The notes beneath the pieces are model-generated. The model was not told the DNA's origin and ran no database searches. It was given only the letters and a program-made list of their open reading frames with translations. From NCBI GenBank assembly GCA_964019335.1, contig OZ025703.1:434001-498000 (forward strand): DNA of 64,000 bases. Direction: 5' to 3'. This DNA comes from Diplonema japonicum. Taxonomy: Eukaryota > Protista > Euglenozoa: Diplonemea. Position 1 is the stretch's first letter, and every line of letters starts with the position of its first letter. A program made the translations under genes and the position numbers. Below are positions 35,001 to 45,908 of this stretch, one piece after another.

Positions 35001-36758
35001 TTGCAGCTGAGAAGGAAAATGCAAAAGCAAGCGGGGGACAGCTGCTAATATATTTCACAGGGCGCACCGTGGATCTTGATGAGGGCACAGTGCTGCTTCC
35101 TATGGAGCTGAAGCTGCGTCCCGGCGGCGAGCTGAGCCCCGAATCAGGGGTCATGATGCAAGATTTGAAAGTAACCAAGGACAAATTGGCTAGCCCGCGC
35201 AAACAGGAGGACACAGTAAGAGACACAATCGTGATTATCGATTCATACAGCATGGGGGGCGTGAAGAACGCACTGAGCCAGTACCCCAACGGATTCGGGA
35301 GCATCACCAGTACTTCAGGCTGCGGACACTTCTCAGTATCATACGGTCCGGTCCACTGTGGCGGGGTGCTGTCCTACTACATAACAAAGGGCCTGGAGGG
35401 AGCCGCGGCCCGTGATGGCAAGATCACGAACAACACACTAAACCTGTACGTCAAGTCAAAGCTGCTGAACAACAAGTTCAAAGATAGCCAAATACGTACA
35501 ACTTCCGATAACCTGCAGATAGGGGATCTGGACCTTTCTCCCGTGCGAATAGCAAAGACAAAAAAGGAGTTGCAACTCGAGAAAATCGAGGCAAGGCTTT
35601 TGCTGAACAGGTACATCATGACAGGCAGCATTGACATCATCATGGACTTAGTGCAGCTCGGGAGGGAGCTGAACGAAAGGATGAAGACCTTGCTGCTGAC
35701 GAATAATAAGACGAAGAAGGGTGCGAAGATCTTTGCGTCGTCGATAGAAACAGTGAAGGTGTCGCAAGAAGTCGTACGCTTGGTGCAGAACATGCTGCAC
35801 GTGCGGCCCTTCACCATCGTGTCCTTGCTGTTTTCGCAAGAGTTGTTCGTGACTTTCGAGACAGAGGAGCTGAACAGCGGGCACATGGACATCAACATCT
35901 TGAAGCAGTGGGAGACCGACATCGAAAGCTGGGCTGCGAAGAGGGTCACCTACAAGATCGTCACAACAACAAACACGTTGTACATCAAGGTGAAGGGCAA
36001 GGCTGTGTACGAGGACATGGTACAGCGGTTCCGCAACGGAGAGGTAACACACCTCTGTGGGTACCCGATACAAAATGTACGCCAGGGCGTAGTGGTGTCT
36101 ATCCTGGGCTCTGTCAAAACATGGTGCAGGCTCGACAAGGCATCACGGATCGGTACCTTGGACGATCTCATACATATTACAAAGATCAGCAGCTGGGAGG
36201 GATTGAAGAGGAAACACGAAGCAGCAACACTCATCCAAAAAATGTGGAAGGGACAAAAAGTGCGTGCGCTATTCCGCATCACGAAGTACATTGTGCAAAC
36301 AGAAGAGGCGGAGAGGGAACAAACAGATCTCTACATTGTCCAGGAGCTGACAAATCTGTGGGAAACAGCACGGGAGGAACAGAGAAATATTGTCAAAGAA
36401 TCGGAGGCTGTGTACCGTTCTGAAATAGAGGAATGGGAGGGAGAAGATAGAGAGTCCATCTATCAAAAAGGGTTGAGGGGCACCCAGATACACGAGGCCA
36501 TCAAGAGAAGTGCTATTATAGAAAACAACAAGCTCGCATGGCTAAGCATCACTGCGGAGGCGGGGTTTTCAACACTTGAGATTCAAACTGTGAGCGATAT
36601 CTCCTACATGATAAGGTATGCTTGCTACTTGTCACAATACTCACAATGCTCGCAGGCAAGAGAAGCTCACGTTTAAGTATTTAACAAAGCGTGCCGCCAT
36701 CATCGATGAGGAGCGCCGCGCATGGCTGAAGATTAGCAACAGCTGGGGTGTAGTGTGA
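32030..36758 (+). CDS. Large protein: disordered N-half, inactive caspase-like (C14) domain, IQ motif, coiled coil
   Basis: YTALLIGVEHY...PTKENI...LLIYFTGR...VIIDSY...YITKGLEGAA..DGKIT..LNLYV; IQ motif AATLIQKMWKGQKVR. Intron 36616-36655. Start uncertain. Confidence 0.8.
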
Positions 36759-37012
36759 TGTCGTTTCAACTCAATGCTGACCCTTACCAGGGCCACAAAG
36801 TCTTTCAGTTGCATGTTTTCCCCCCCCTCGGTTTGAGCGTGACCGCACCCATGCAGCGCTGTGGTGGAGAGAGACCGCCTTCTGTCTGTGTCTGTTGCTT
36901 ACTGTCGTCTCTCCTGTCGTTCTGTGATGCTCCCCTTTTCAAAAAACTAAAAGAAGAAGAAAAGAAAACACCCCAATAGGTGGGATCCGCAAAAAAGGGA
37001 GAGAAATAAAAA

Positions 37013-40000
37013 ATGTCTGATTATGTAAAAGCAAAAAATTTCAAAGCCGCACACAAGCATGCGGTTTCCGAGAATCTTGCAGGTGGCGTCTTGCAGGTGG
37101 AAGGTATGCTCACCCCCCCCCCCCCCCCCCCCACCACGGGGTATTATATGGTGGGTTAGCCAGCCTACATATTTAGAAATTCATATCTAGTCAATAACAT
37201 CGTAAAGATTGAATAATATATCTAAGATGTTAAGCAGCACAGCCAGATGCGCTGTGATATCTTGTTTTTATCCAGTGCGAATTTCTAGTTGACTTCGCTA
37301 AGCAAAGCGAGCCCCATCCTTGGTACTTCTGTGGACCATATCAGAAAACCCTTTCCCCGACTGGTCCGGTACCGTTCTCTGAGATTCTCCGCCTCTCTTG
37401 CGGTGAAGCTGCGGAATATTCCGCCAAAGTTACTGGACACCTTGCACAAAAGCATCCCTGTAGACAGGGTTCTGAACCGGGTAAGACCTTCCGTCTTTTT
37501 TGTTTACAGCAACAGCCACACGTACGTCCGATTTCCTCCTGCACCTAATGAGGGCTACATACAGCCCCGTGCGCAAAGCACTGATGGTGCGAGACCCATT
37601 CCACCTCGTCCATTGGAATTTGTTTATAGTCGCTGCGAATGCAAGCACCATTTAATTCCAACCTTGTTTTCGTCAGGGTTGTTTTTTTTGGGGGGAGAAA
37701 AAAAAGAAAAGAAAAAAAAACAGTGTTGGAGTGTTCAGGGCTTGTTGCGGGGGACTCGATAGGTACTTCCGACCCTTTTGTGAAGCTCATCTTCTCGTCA
37801 CTGTCCAACCAGCAGCAAGCAACCACAGAAGTAGTGAACCGGACGTGCAACCCTGTGTTCAGGTCGCACAACAAGTTTGAGTTCAACGTGGTGAATGAGG
37901 TAGACAAGCTGCGCATCGAAGTTTTCGACAGGGATCTGTACCCCCTTCCGCATAAAGAGCTGATGGCGGTCTGCGAAACGGAACTCGGTGCGAGCACCAA
38001 GGCCGGCTCTGACGGTACGCTCTCCTTGTACTTCCGCCACCCAAAAGGAACCGGTGCCGAATTGGACGGCTACACACCTGACAAACACGGGGTGGTGAAG
38101 CTGCGATTCTTCTACAGCTACAGCGCAACTGCCAACACACATGCAGCAGAAGACATCACTGTAGAGCAGGAAGAGCTTGAATGGGCGAAGCTCATAGACG
38201 TCTGCGGCCGATTTAGCGCGCACCTAGGGTACATGTGCAACCCACTCTGGTACTGGCTTGAAACTTGCATGTGGGTGAGGCCTTTTGAATCAGCCTTCTG
38301 GTGCCTCCTCATCTTCTGCTCCGTGTTCCTCTTCAATAACCTGCTCTCAGCGTGGTTCCCGGGTTTAATGTTAGTCGGCTTTTTGAAGAATTATGCGCAG
38401 AGCGTGAAGGCCGCTGGGAGACCGGTGGTCGAAGAAGAAGTTGTACCATTTGACTGGAGGGAGTGCGCTAGAACCACACAAGTGTCATTAGCATACTACT
38501 GCGAAATGCTTGACTGGTGGCATGCGTATGCAGCTGTCTTTACTACTCATCAATCCACAATAGGGTGTACGCATGGGAGAGGCCTGATACCGCAATGGCC
38601 CTCACAAAGCTTTTCGCTGTATGGACTATTGCCATCTTGCTGCTGCCGTTCCCACCCCTGCGATACTGGTTCTTCCTCTTCAGTATGTTCTAAATCACCA
38701 TCTCCACTTTTACTTTATTTTTTCTAGTGTGCTACATGTACATCTTGTACCCCATGCACACGAACTCACCCCGCCTTATGGGCGTCCACATGGAGGCAGT
38801 GTCACGATGGATGAATGCTTTCAGCTTACGGAACTTCGAGCTCTTCGTCTTGGTATGTCGTTGCTTTTTGTTGGTAACCAGCACACAGCCGCATCTTCCT
38901 GAGAAGATGCAGCAATACGTCCCGAAGAGTAAGGAAAGGCAGATGGAAGCCTGGTTGGAGTCCGAGCTGCCGCCTGTGCCCACGCTGACGATGCAGTACG
39001 ACCAGTGGAAGAGTATGGCACACATCCACGAAAACCCATATCGCAGAATACAACAACGAACGCGAGAAGCTCAAGTGCCTCATGGAACTCAAGAAAGACA
39101 AGTTCCTTAATGAAAACGGCAAACCTGCAGTCCCCGCCTCCAAGGGGCGCCTGGAGGTCACTGTGGTGTCGTCCTCAGGGTTTGCCACAGACGATTCTGG
39201 TAGCTGCGATCCTTACGTGCAGCTGGCGCTGGGGCTGCAGACGTTCACCACGAGGACCAAAAGCAACACCGTGTCTCCCGTTTGGAATGAAACGTTTGAG
39301 TTCTTGGAAGTGGGTCACCAGTCTGGCGTGCTCTCCATTGCAGTGTGGGACAAGAACTCCTTCTCATTAAACGTATCATTAGGGAACTGCCAGTTGAAAC
39401 TCTCACAAGTTGTAAGGAACGCCTCCCAGCTGTTCGAGCTGCCTCTGATCGGAGAGAAAGCAGGGCCCGATGCTGTTGTAGCCTTGATGGTGAGGGGCAC
39501 GGGTCCCTCTTGGCCGAACGCACGGCAGCAGCATCTCCTCCACGTTGTTGCAGAAGCCGAAGAAGAGAGGAGGAGGGAGGCCATGAAGCGTGCACCTGAC
39601 ACAAGAGTAGGAACTTTGGAAGTAGTCCTGATGTATGGAGCAGGCCTCAAGGTGTGCGACATGAAGACGTCGGACCCGTACTGCCAGCTGGGTCTTACTA
39701 ACCACCCAACCAACGCGAAACCCATGAAGTCCACGACAAAGCCGTCTACACTGAAGCCTGTGTGGAACGAGACATTCACTTTCACCAGCGCAGCATGCAA
39801 GATGAGCTTGAACATCGTGGTGCGCGACAAGGACAAGTTTGGGAAAGACGACGACATGGGCATGTGCAGCGTGAAGCTGAACGACCTCTTCGACGGGGAG
39901 GCTGTCGAGAAGGAGGTCCCCGTCATTCTGGGAGGCAAGCAGTTCGGCGTCATCGCGGTGAACCTCAAAGCCCACAACTTTGGCAGGATCCTCCCTGAGA

Positions 40001-40665
40001 CGAGTCTCGCTTCTTTAGCCTCCGCAACGCCTGCAAGCGAGACGCCTGCCGAGATGCCGCAAACGGCGGCCCAAACCCCTACCAAGGCAAAGACCTTGCC
40101 GTTGCCGCGCGAGACGTCTCCGTCTGTGTCACCACCTGCTGTGTCGCCCCCGAGGAGTGAGATCCCACGTTCTCCTCCTGCCCGCTCTCCCGTTCATTCT
40201 CCAGCTCGTGTTCCGGTTTCCGATCCGCCGACACCGCAAAGAAGAACGTCTCTGGACAAGCCGCCCAAGGGCACTCTCAACAGCGGCGGGGTAGGCAAGC
40301 TCGGCGTCACAGTGCTGTCTGCCAGGAACTTGCCTACATCCAGTCAATCGTGCCTCGTGAAGGTCTTGCTCACCGAACCCAGCTTCGGTACCAAGAAGTT
40401 CAAGACGCGGCCTGTAAACGCAGGCACCACGAACCCTGTGTGGAATGTGATGTTCACATTCGACGCTCTCCCGAAGGGCGTTTTGGCGAAATGCCGGCTG
40501 CAGGTGGAGGTGTGGGACCCTATCAAATCTCTGGTGCTGGCTGCGGGGGTGACCGAGCTTCACGCGATGCAAGACGCAAGCAGCTCGGAGTCCTGGGTTG
40601 AGGTGTTCCACGAGGGAAACCCAGCAGGGGAGGTGAAGCTTGTCTTAGCGCCGCAAGGCATTTAG
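37013..40665 (+). CDS. Multi-C2-domain transmembrane protein (C2-TM region-C2-C2-linker-C2)
   Basis: Splicing 37104-37723 restores C2 strand 1 (GVLQVEVLECSGL..SDPFVKL). Further introns: 38526-38563, 38683-38727, 38853-38888, 39013-39046. Confidence 0.85.
37140..37680 (-). mobile_element. Possible degraded non-LTR retroelement fragment inside a 620-nt intron
   Basis: Intron is about 15x the local norm. Minus-strand, frameshifted IPM.RGGMGL..ISALRTGLYVA resembles the post-RT LP.R.GGLGL motif of RLE-type non-LTR elements. Confidence 0.35.
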
Positions 40666-40770
40666 CCGTCTAACCATGGCCGCTAGACGTAGAATAGAAT
40701 AATACCGTTGTTTGTTATAACTTGGGGGAAAAAAAGAAATATTTGAAATCACCACAAGGAGGGGGGCACA

Positions 40771-41528
40771 ATGATCGAGACAATGTGGAGCCAGCCGCCG
40801 CCCCTCTTAATGGGGTGGGTCACGCAGCTGGGGTTTTTGGTGTGCATGGTTTTCTTTTCTATCTCTCTCGCGTCGGGGTTGTACTATGCTGCAGAGCTTG
40901 CAGAGGAGAACACAGTGATGGCGAAGAAGGTTCTAAAGTACTGGGGATGGGGGGTGATGGTGGTGCTGTCGCTGCTGTGGCTGGTGGATGGGATACCGTT
41001 CTGGAAGTGCGCGTGTGGGTTGCTGGCGAATATTTCCTATGGGACTCTGTTGTTCGAGTACCCATTTGCAAGGTTCATCTCCGCCCCTGTGATCCTCAGC
41101 ATCGGTATGCTTCAGTTTTCATATCACTGTTGCCAGCTCTCTTTTTCATCGACACCTGCCAGTGGTACCTGTACTTCATCGATGACTTTACCCCAGGCTA
41201 CTCTGTCTCTATGGTATATGCTGTTTTCTTTGTTTTTCTATGTATCCAACCCACTTCCACAGATCATAGGGTTCTTCGGGACTATGGTGTGGCCCGTGCC
41301 CTTTGGCTTCTTCGTTACCCTTTCTCTCAGTGACCAGAGCCTCCCTGGGTTGGGCAGTTTGCACAACAGGGGTGATCATGAAGTAGCAAAAAAGCGAAGG
41401 TATTTCGGGGGGGGATGAAAAAAAAAAAAAGAACAAATTGAAATAATTACACCGACAGGGGTATATTGGGGATACTGGACTTCTTCTTCAAACGAGGCAC
41501 TCCGACTTCTGAGCTAAAAGGATACTGA
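40771..41528 (+). CDS. TEX261: TEX261/Svp26 ER-Golgi cargo adaptor
   Basis: SLASGLYYAAELAEENTVMAKK and VWPVPFGFFVTLSLSDQSLP. Introns 41105-41136, 41214-41262, 41400-41458. Confidence 0.88.
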
Positions 41529-41862
41529 CCAGTGCAAAAAAAGAGAAGTTCTTAAAACGTTAAAACATCTACAGAGAGAGAAAAAATAGTAACAACTAAG
41601 AAACCACACTTGCTACACGCCCAAACCTCGTGTATCGGTGAAAGGGGAGAAAAAGGAGAGAAAACCCGCAATGAAAAAAAAAGAACAAGGAAACCCCCCC
41701 CTTCCGCCTGGAAGATTTTCCTTTTTGAAAAATTATCGCTTTAGGTCTTTTTTTTTTTTAAAAAGAATTGTACGCTTTCTTTTTTGTTCTTTTGTTGTCT
41801 TCAAGGTGTTTCTCCAATACACTGTTCCAAGGCAGGGACTCGTAGCATGCTGTAGTGGAAAG

Positions 41863-44343
41863 ATGGTGAAAATAGAAGTGTTGTTGGCGGTGGCCGTTGT
41901 GGCAGTGGGTGTGCAGGGGGTGACATATGAGCTGACGAACACAGACCAAGGGGTGTTCTCTCTCAAGCAGGGAAGCGGGAGTGTGGCGGACACGTTGGTG
42001 TGGGAAGAGGAGAAGAACCCACAGTACAACCGAACAACCTTCGACCAGGCGTACATGGACACAGCAAAGGTACCAGGAGATCCAGCTACCTCCCCGCTGC
42101 AGGGGATCAGCTACAGCGCACCTGCACAAAACAGTACTAATTCTACAATATCTGCCTTTGTGACACAGGGCAACAACTCCGACCGCATCTACGAAGTCAC
42201 ATCGAGCACCTACTATGTGGAGTTCTACTCCTATGCACCTTATATCATGTTTGTAACCTTCGATCCCTCCACCTCTAGCCTCCACGAGTGCTCCGTTGTC
42301 CTCGGTATATCAGGTCCCTCAGGCAGTACCTTTTCTTGCGGCAACAGCACCAACACCAACCTCGCCCGCTACGAGCAGATCCTTGCCTCCGACGTGCAGG
42401 GTGTGCGGAGCACTAGCATCACCTTCTACGTGGACGACTCACTGCCGCAGGTCTTCCATACTGCGTACATCGACATTGGGGTCCAGAGGCTCTTCAGATG
42501 GCACCAGATGGAAGGCATGACCGCGTCCATAAAGGATAAAAATGATAAAAGAACAAAAGAAGCGCGGATCACCACAGCGTTCCTCTTCCTAGCTGTGGCG
42601 TTGGGGATGTTCGTGTGGTCGCTCATTGCAGGTCTTCTGTTCGCGTGGCTGGTGCAACCCATCCCAGTTCATGCAAAAATTGAGGCCAGGTTCAGCGGGG
42701 AGGCAGGCAAGGTATTATCAACACCCGTATCCACTCCTTTGTACAGGTTAAGTTCAACACTGTGATACTAAGTGCCATCGCCGTGGTGATCAACTTTACT
42801 GTCTCGGGAGCTGCTGGGTTCACCGGTTGGTATGTTGACGCAACAACTGCGGCACACACACGTACAGGTTCGTGATCGGTGTGCTGTACTTCCTGCTGAT
42901 CATTGGAATTGCCATTTACACTTGTGTTATTCGCATCAAGCACAGGAAAGACCCCTCACCGTCGTCCAGCGTGCAACCTGAGGTAGAAACTGCTCCAGAC
43001 AGTCCTGCCCAGGGTGAGGAGGCGAAGCCGGACGATGAGGTTAAACCAGATGAAGAGAACAGAACAAGTGATAGCTGCGGGAGGGACGAGAACTGGCTGG
43101 CGTCAAGGGGGAACCTGGCGCACATGGGGAGAAAACAATTCATCTTGATGCTGTCGTACCTTGGGGCGATGGTGTTGCTGGTCATCGTTCTGCTGCTGAT
43201 TGTGTACACGTGGACAGTCGAGGACTACGTGATCTACGACAGGCACGAACAGCAACAGCAGGTGGAAGATATCCCACCTCTGACCGCAAAGGCAGTGCAG
43301 TTCATGTATGCATGGAACGGGCTTGCAACTAACATGAAGCTGCACCTGTACACTAAGTGGCTGACACAGTGGTGTGGAAGGCGCTACAAGGCTTCCCTCT
43401 CCGACAGCGGGAAGGACTCGCAGATCAGGGACGCCTTCATCACAGAGTACGCCATTGACATGTCTGAGTATAACCCATCGGACTACAGGGCATACTCCTC
43501 TGTCAACGAGTGGTTCATCAGGCACCTCGCTCCAGGCGTGCGACCCTTGGCCGCTGAAAGGCTGGCTGTGGCGTCGCCCACACACCGTGCCCCCGCGGAC
43601 CATATAGGGATTGTACACAGCCCTGCCGACTGCAGGATGCTCATCTTCCCTACCCTGGACAACTCAAGGGTGTGGATCAAGGGGAGCAATTTTAACTACG
43701 GTGAACTGGTATGTCATGTGGCACAATTCGAGGGGGGAAAAACAAACCTTCTTTTTTTTTTCCACATCACAGCTGGACGGGAGAGGGAACTGGTCGACAG
43801 TGTTCGAGCAGGGGAGCATGGTCATCGCAAGACTAGCTCCGCAGGACTACCACCGGTTCAACTCGCCTATTAACGGGACTATTGCAGAGCAGTGGGACAT
43901 CGATGGGACGTACTGGAGCGTCAACGCTGACGCAGCAAAGTCGAAGAACTATGCCTTCTACAACCTGAGGAGGGTTGTCATCATGAGGTACACAAAGCCC
44001 AGCGGTGCGGTTAAGCACCTGGCATACGTCGCTATCGGGGCTACCTGTGTTGGGTCCGTCGTCTTCACCTATGATGCCACTGCACCCATTCCAGCTGGGG
44101 GGGAGCTGGGGTTCATGCAGTTTGGTGGATCCACCGTTATCATATTAATGGAGAAGGTATGTTGTCCTGTTTAAGGAAACAACACGCACACAGGACGAGC
44201 TCATCCCCGACGACGATATAGTGTACAACTCTGCAAAGCCTGTTGAATCCTATATTAAGGTATGGGAAGGAAGGGCGGGAGGAATCCTTTTTTTTTATAC
44301 AATTTAACAGGTCGGCGAAAGACTAGGCATACTAAGCACGTAG
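41863..44343 (+). CDS. Phosphatidylserine decarboxylase (Psd2-type) with signal peptide, luminal domain and multiple TMs
   Basis: SPADCR, RLAPQDYHRF, IGATCVGSV, FGGST autocleavage motif. Introns 42712-42746, 42830-42867, 43709-43772, 44157-44193, 44260-44310. Confidence 0.87.
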
Positions 44344-45264
44344 AAGTACGTGTTTTTCTTTCTTTTTTTTTTTTGAAACGAAGAAGACATGTGGTGTGGT
44401 ATCTCTGACCCTTTGGTGTGTGGGGGGGGGGGGGGGGGGGGGCGTTGCTGACCCCCCCATTCATTGTGAATTTTTGTCCCTCTCTTTTTTTCTTGGGGGT
44501 GAACGATTTTTTTTTATTGTGTGATGCCCTCAAAATGTGCAGACGGGGAGCAGCCTCCGTGCTGTGGGTTGGGATGTTTGCTCGCAAATCCAAGCGGTTT
44601 GTGGAGTAACTAGAGGTCACTCTTCGATAGTAAGCCAGCAGGGGTAAGAAACTGCAGCCGTCACGGCCGGGAACTGGAAGAAGGAGAATGACACTTTTTA
44701 TTTTTATTCTTCTTCCATTCTCTCTACACATTTCTTATCAGTTATTGTTCTTTGATATGTAAATACTAAGGCATGTCCTTACGTTATTCTCTTTTTTCTT
44801 CTTCTTCTTTTTTTTTTTTTTAGTCCGTAGTAGTGGGCGTGATTCTATTTTTTTCTTGTTTTATTTTCTCAGCACTCTTTTCTTTCACTTCTGGTTCCTT
44901 TTTTTTTTTTCTCTTCAGAAGGGAAAGACAGAATAAATACAATTTCTTTTTGATGAACACCACCCCTCTCTTTTTTTTTTTTTTGAATTTAAAAGTCTGA
45001 ATTTTCTTTTTTTTTTTCCAATTTATTTATGTCACATCTTCGGCATCTCTATTCTGCGCGCACCTGCTGGATGTCCTCCTGGCCGAGGATCACCTCTTCG
45101 GCTTTTTTGCTCTAGCCAAGCCTTGCCCCCCTGGCACGGGCACATGGATAGCCTGTGGAGCACTTGCCGTGGCACTCGTAGACCCACTGGCGCCAGCACG
45201 GCTAGCTCAGGATTGGGAATGTCAATAGCGGCAATTTGTGGAGGCGCATCTCTCGCCCCCCCCC

Positions 45265-45440
45265 CAGCTGCTGGCAGGAAACGTGGAAACGTTTCCGTTC
45301 CCGTTTCCGTTTCCATACTTTTCAAAATTCTTATGGAAACGGCTTCCTTCTTAAGGAAACATAAGGAAACGTTTCCGTATCCTTTTCCGTTTCCCTTTTT
45401 TTCAAAAAATGCATGGAAACGCGTTTCCATGCCAGCATAG
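45265..45440. mobile_element. 176-bp non-autonomous element with GGAAAC/GTTTCC repeats
   Basis: Imperfect TIR TGCTGGCA-GGAAACG (45269-45283) / CGTTTCCATGCCAGCA (45422-45437); about 12 GGAAAC/GTTTCC motifs; perfect 22-bp palindrome at 45411-45432. Confidence 0.6.
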
Positions 45441-45443
45441 CCC

Positions 45444-45817
45444 TAGGGGGGGTCATATGGTCCTTAAAAAGGGCCACTTTTTGCGCTTTTTCAGGCTCTT
45501 CGCCAAGGGCATTTTGGGCCCTTAAAAAAACTGTAACCACTCCAAAAGTGCCCACAAATCACCCAAACCCCCGTTTCCCGATGGTTTCCAGCAACATAAA
45601 ATAGGGGCCCTAGGATTACATAGGGAAAGTACCAAACGGGGGCCCCAAAATTAGAACATGATTCTAGGCACTTCTGGGGCCGGAAACCATCGGGAAACGG
45701 GGGTTTGGGTGATTTGTGGGCACTTTTGGGGTGGTTACAGTTTTTTTAAGGGCCCAAAATGCCCTTGGCGAAGAGCCTGAAAAAGGGCAAATAACGACCC
45801 CCTTATGACCCCCCCTA
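45444..45817. mobile_element. MITE/foldback element with long inverted arms
   Basis: Perfect 14-bp termini TAGGGGGGGTCATA / TATGACCCCCCCTA (TA at both ends); 110-bp arms 45480-45589 / 45682-45791 with 2 mismatches. Confidence 0.85.
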
Positions 45818-45908
45818 CCCCCCTCCCCCCGAAACTGAGAATGTAGCCAGCGCCAACTGGCCTACAATTCAATCACCCCCATTTAAAAAAAAAAAACAGG
45901 ACGAAAAC

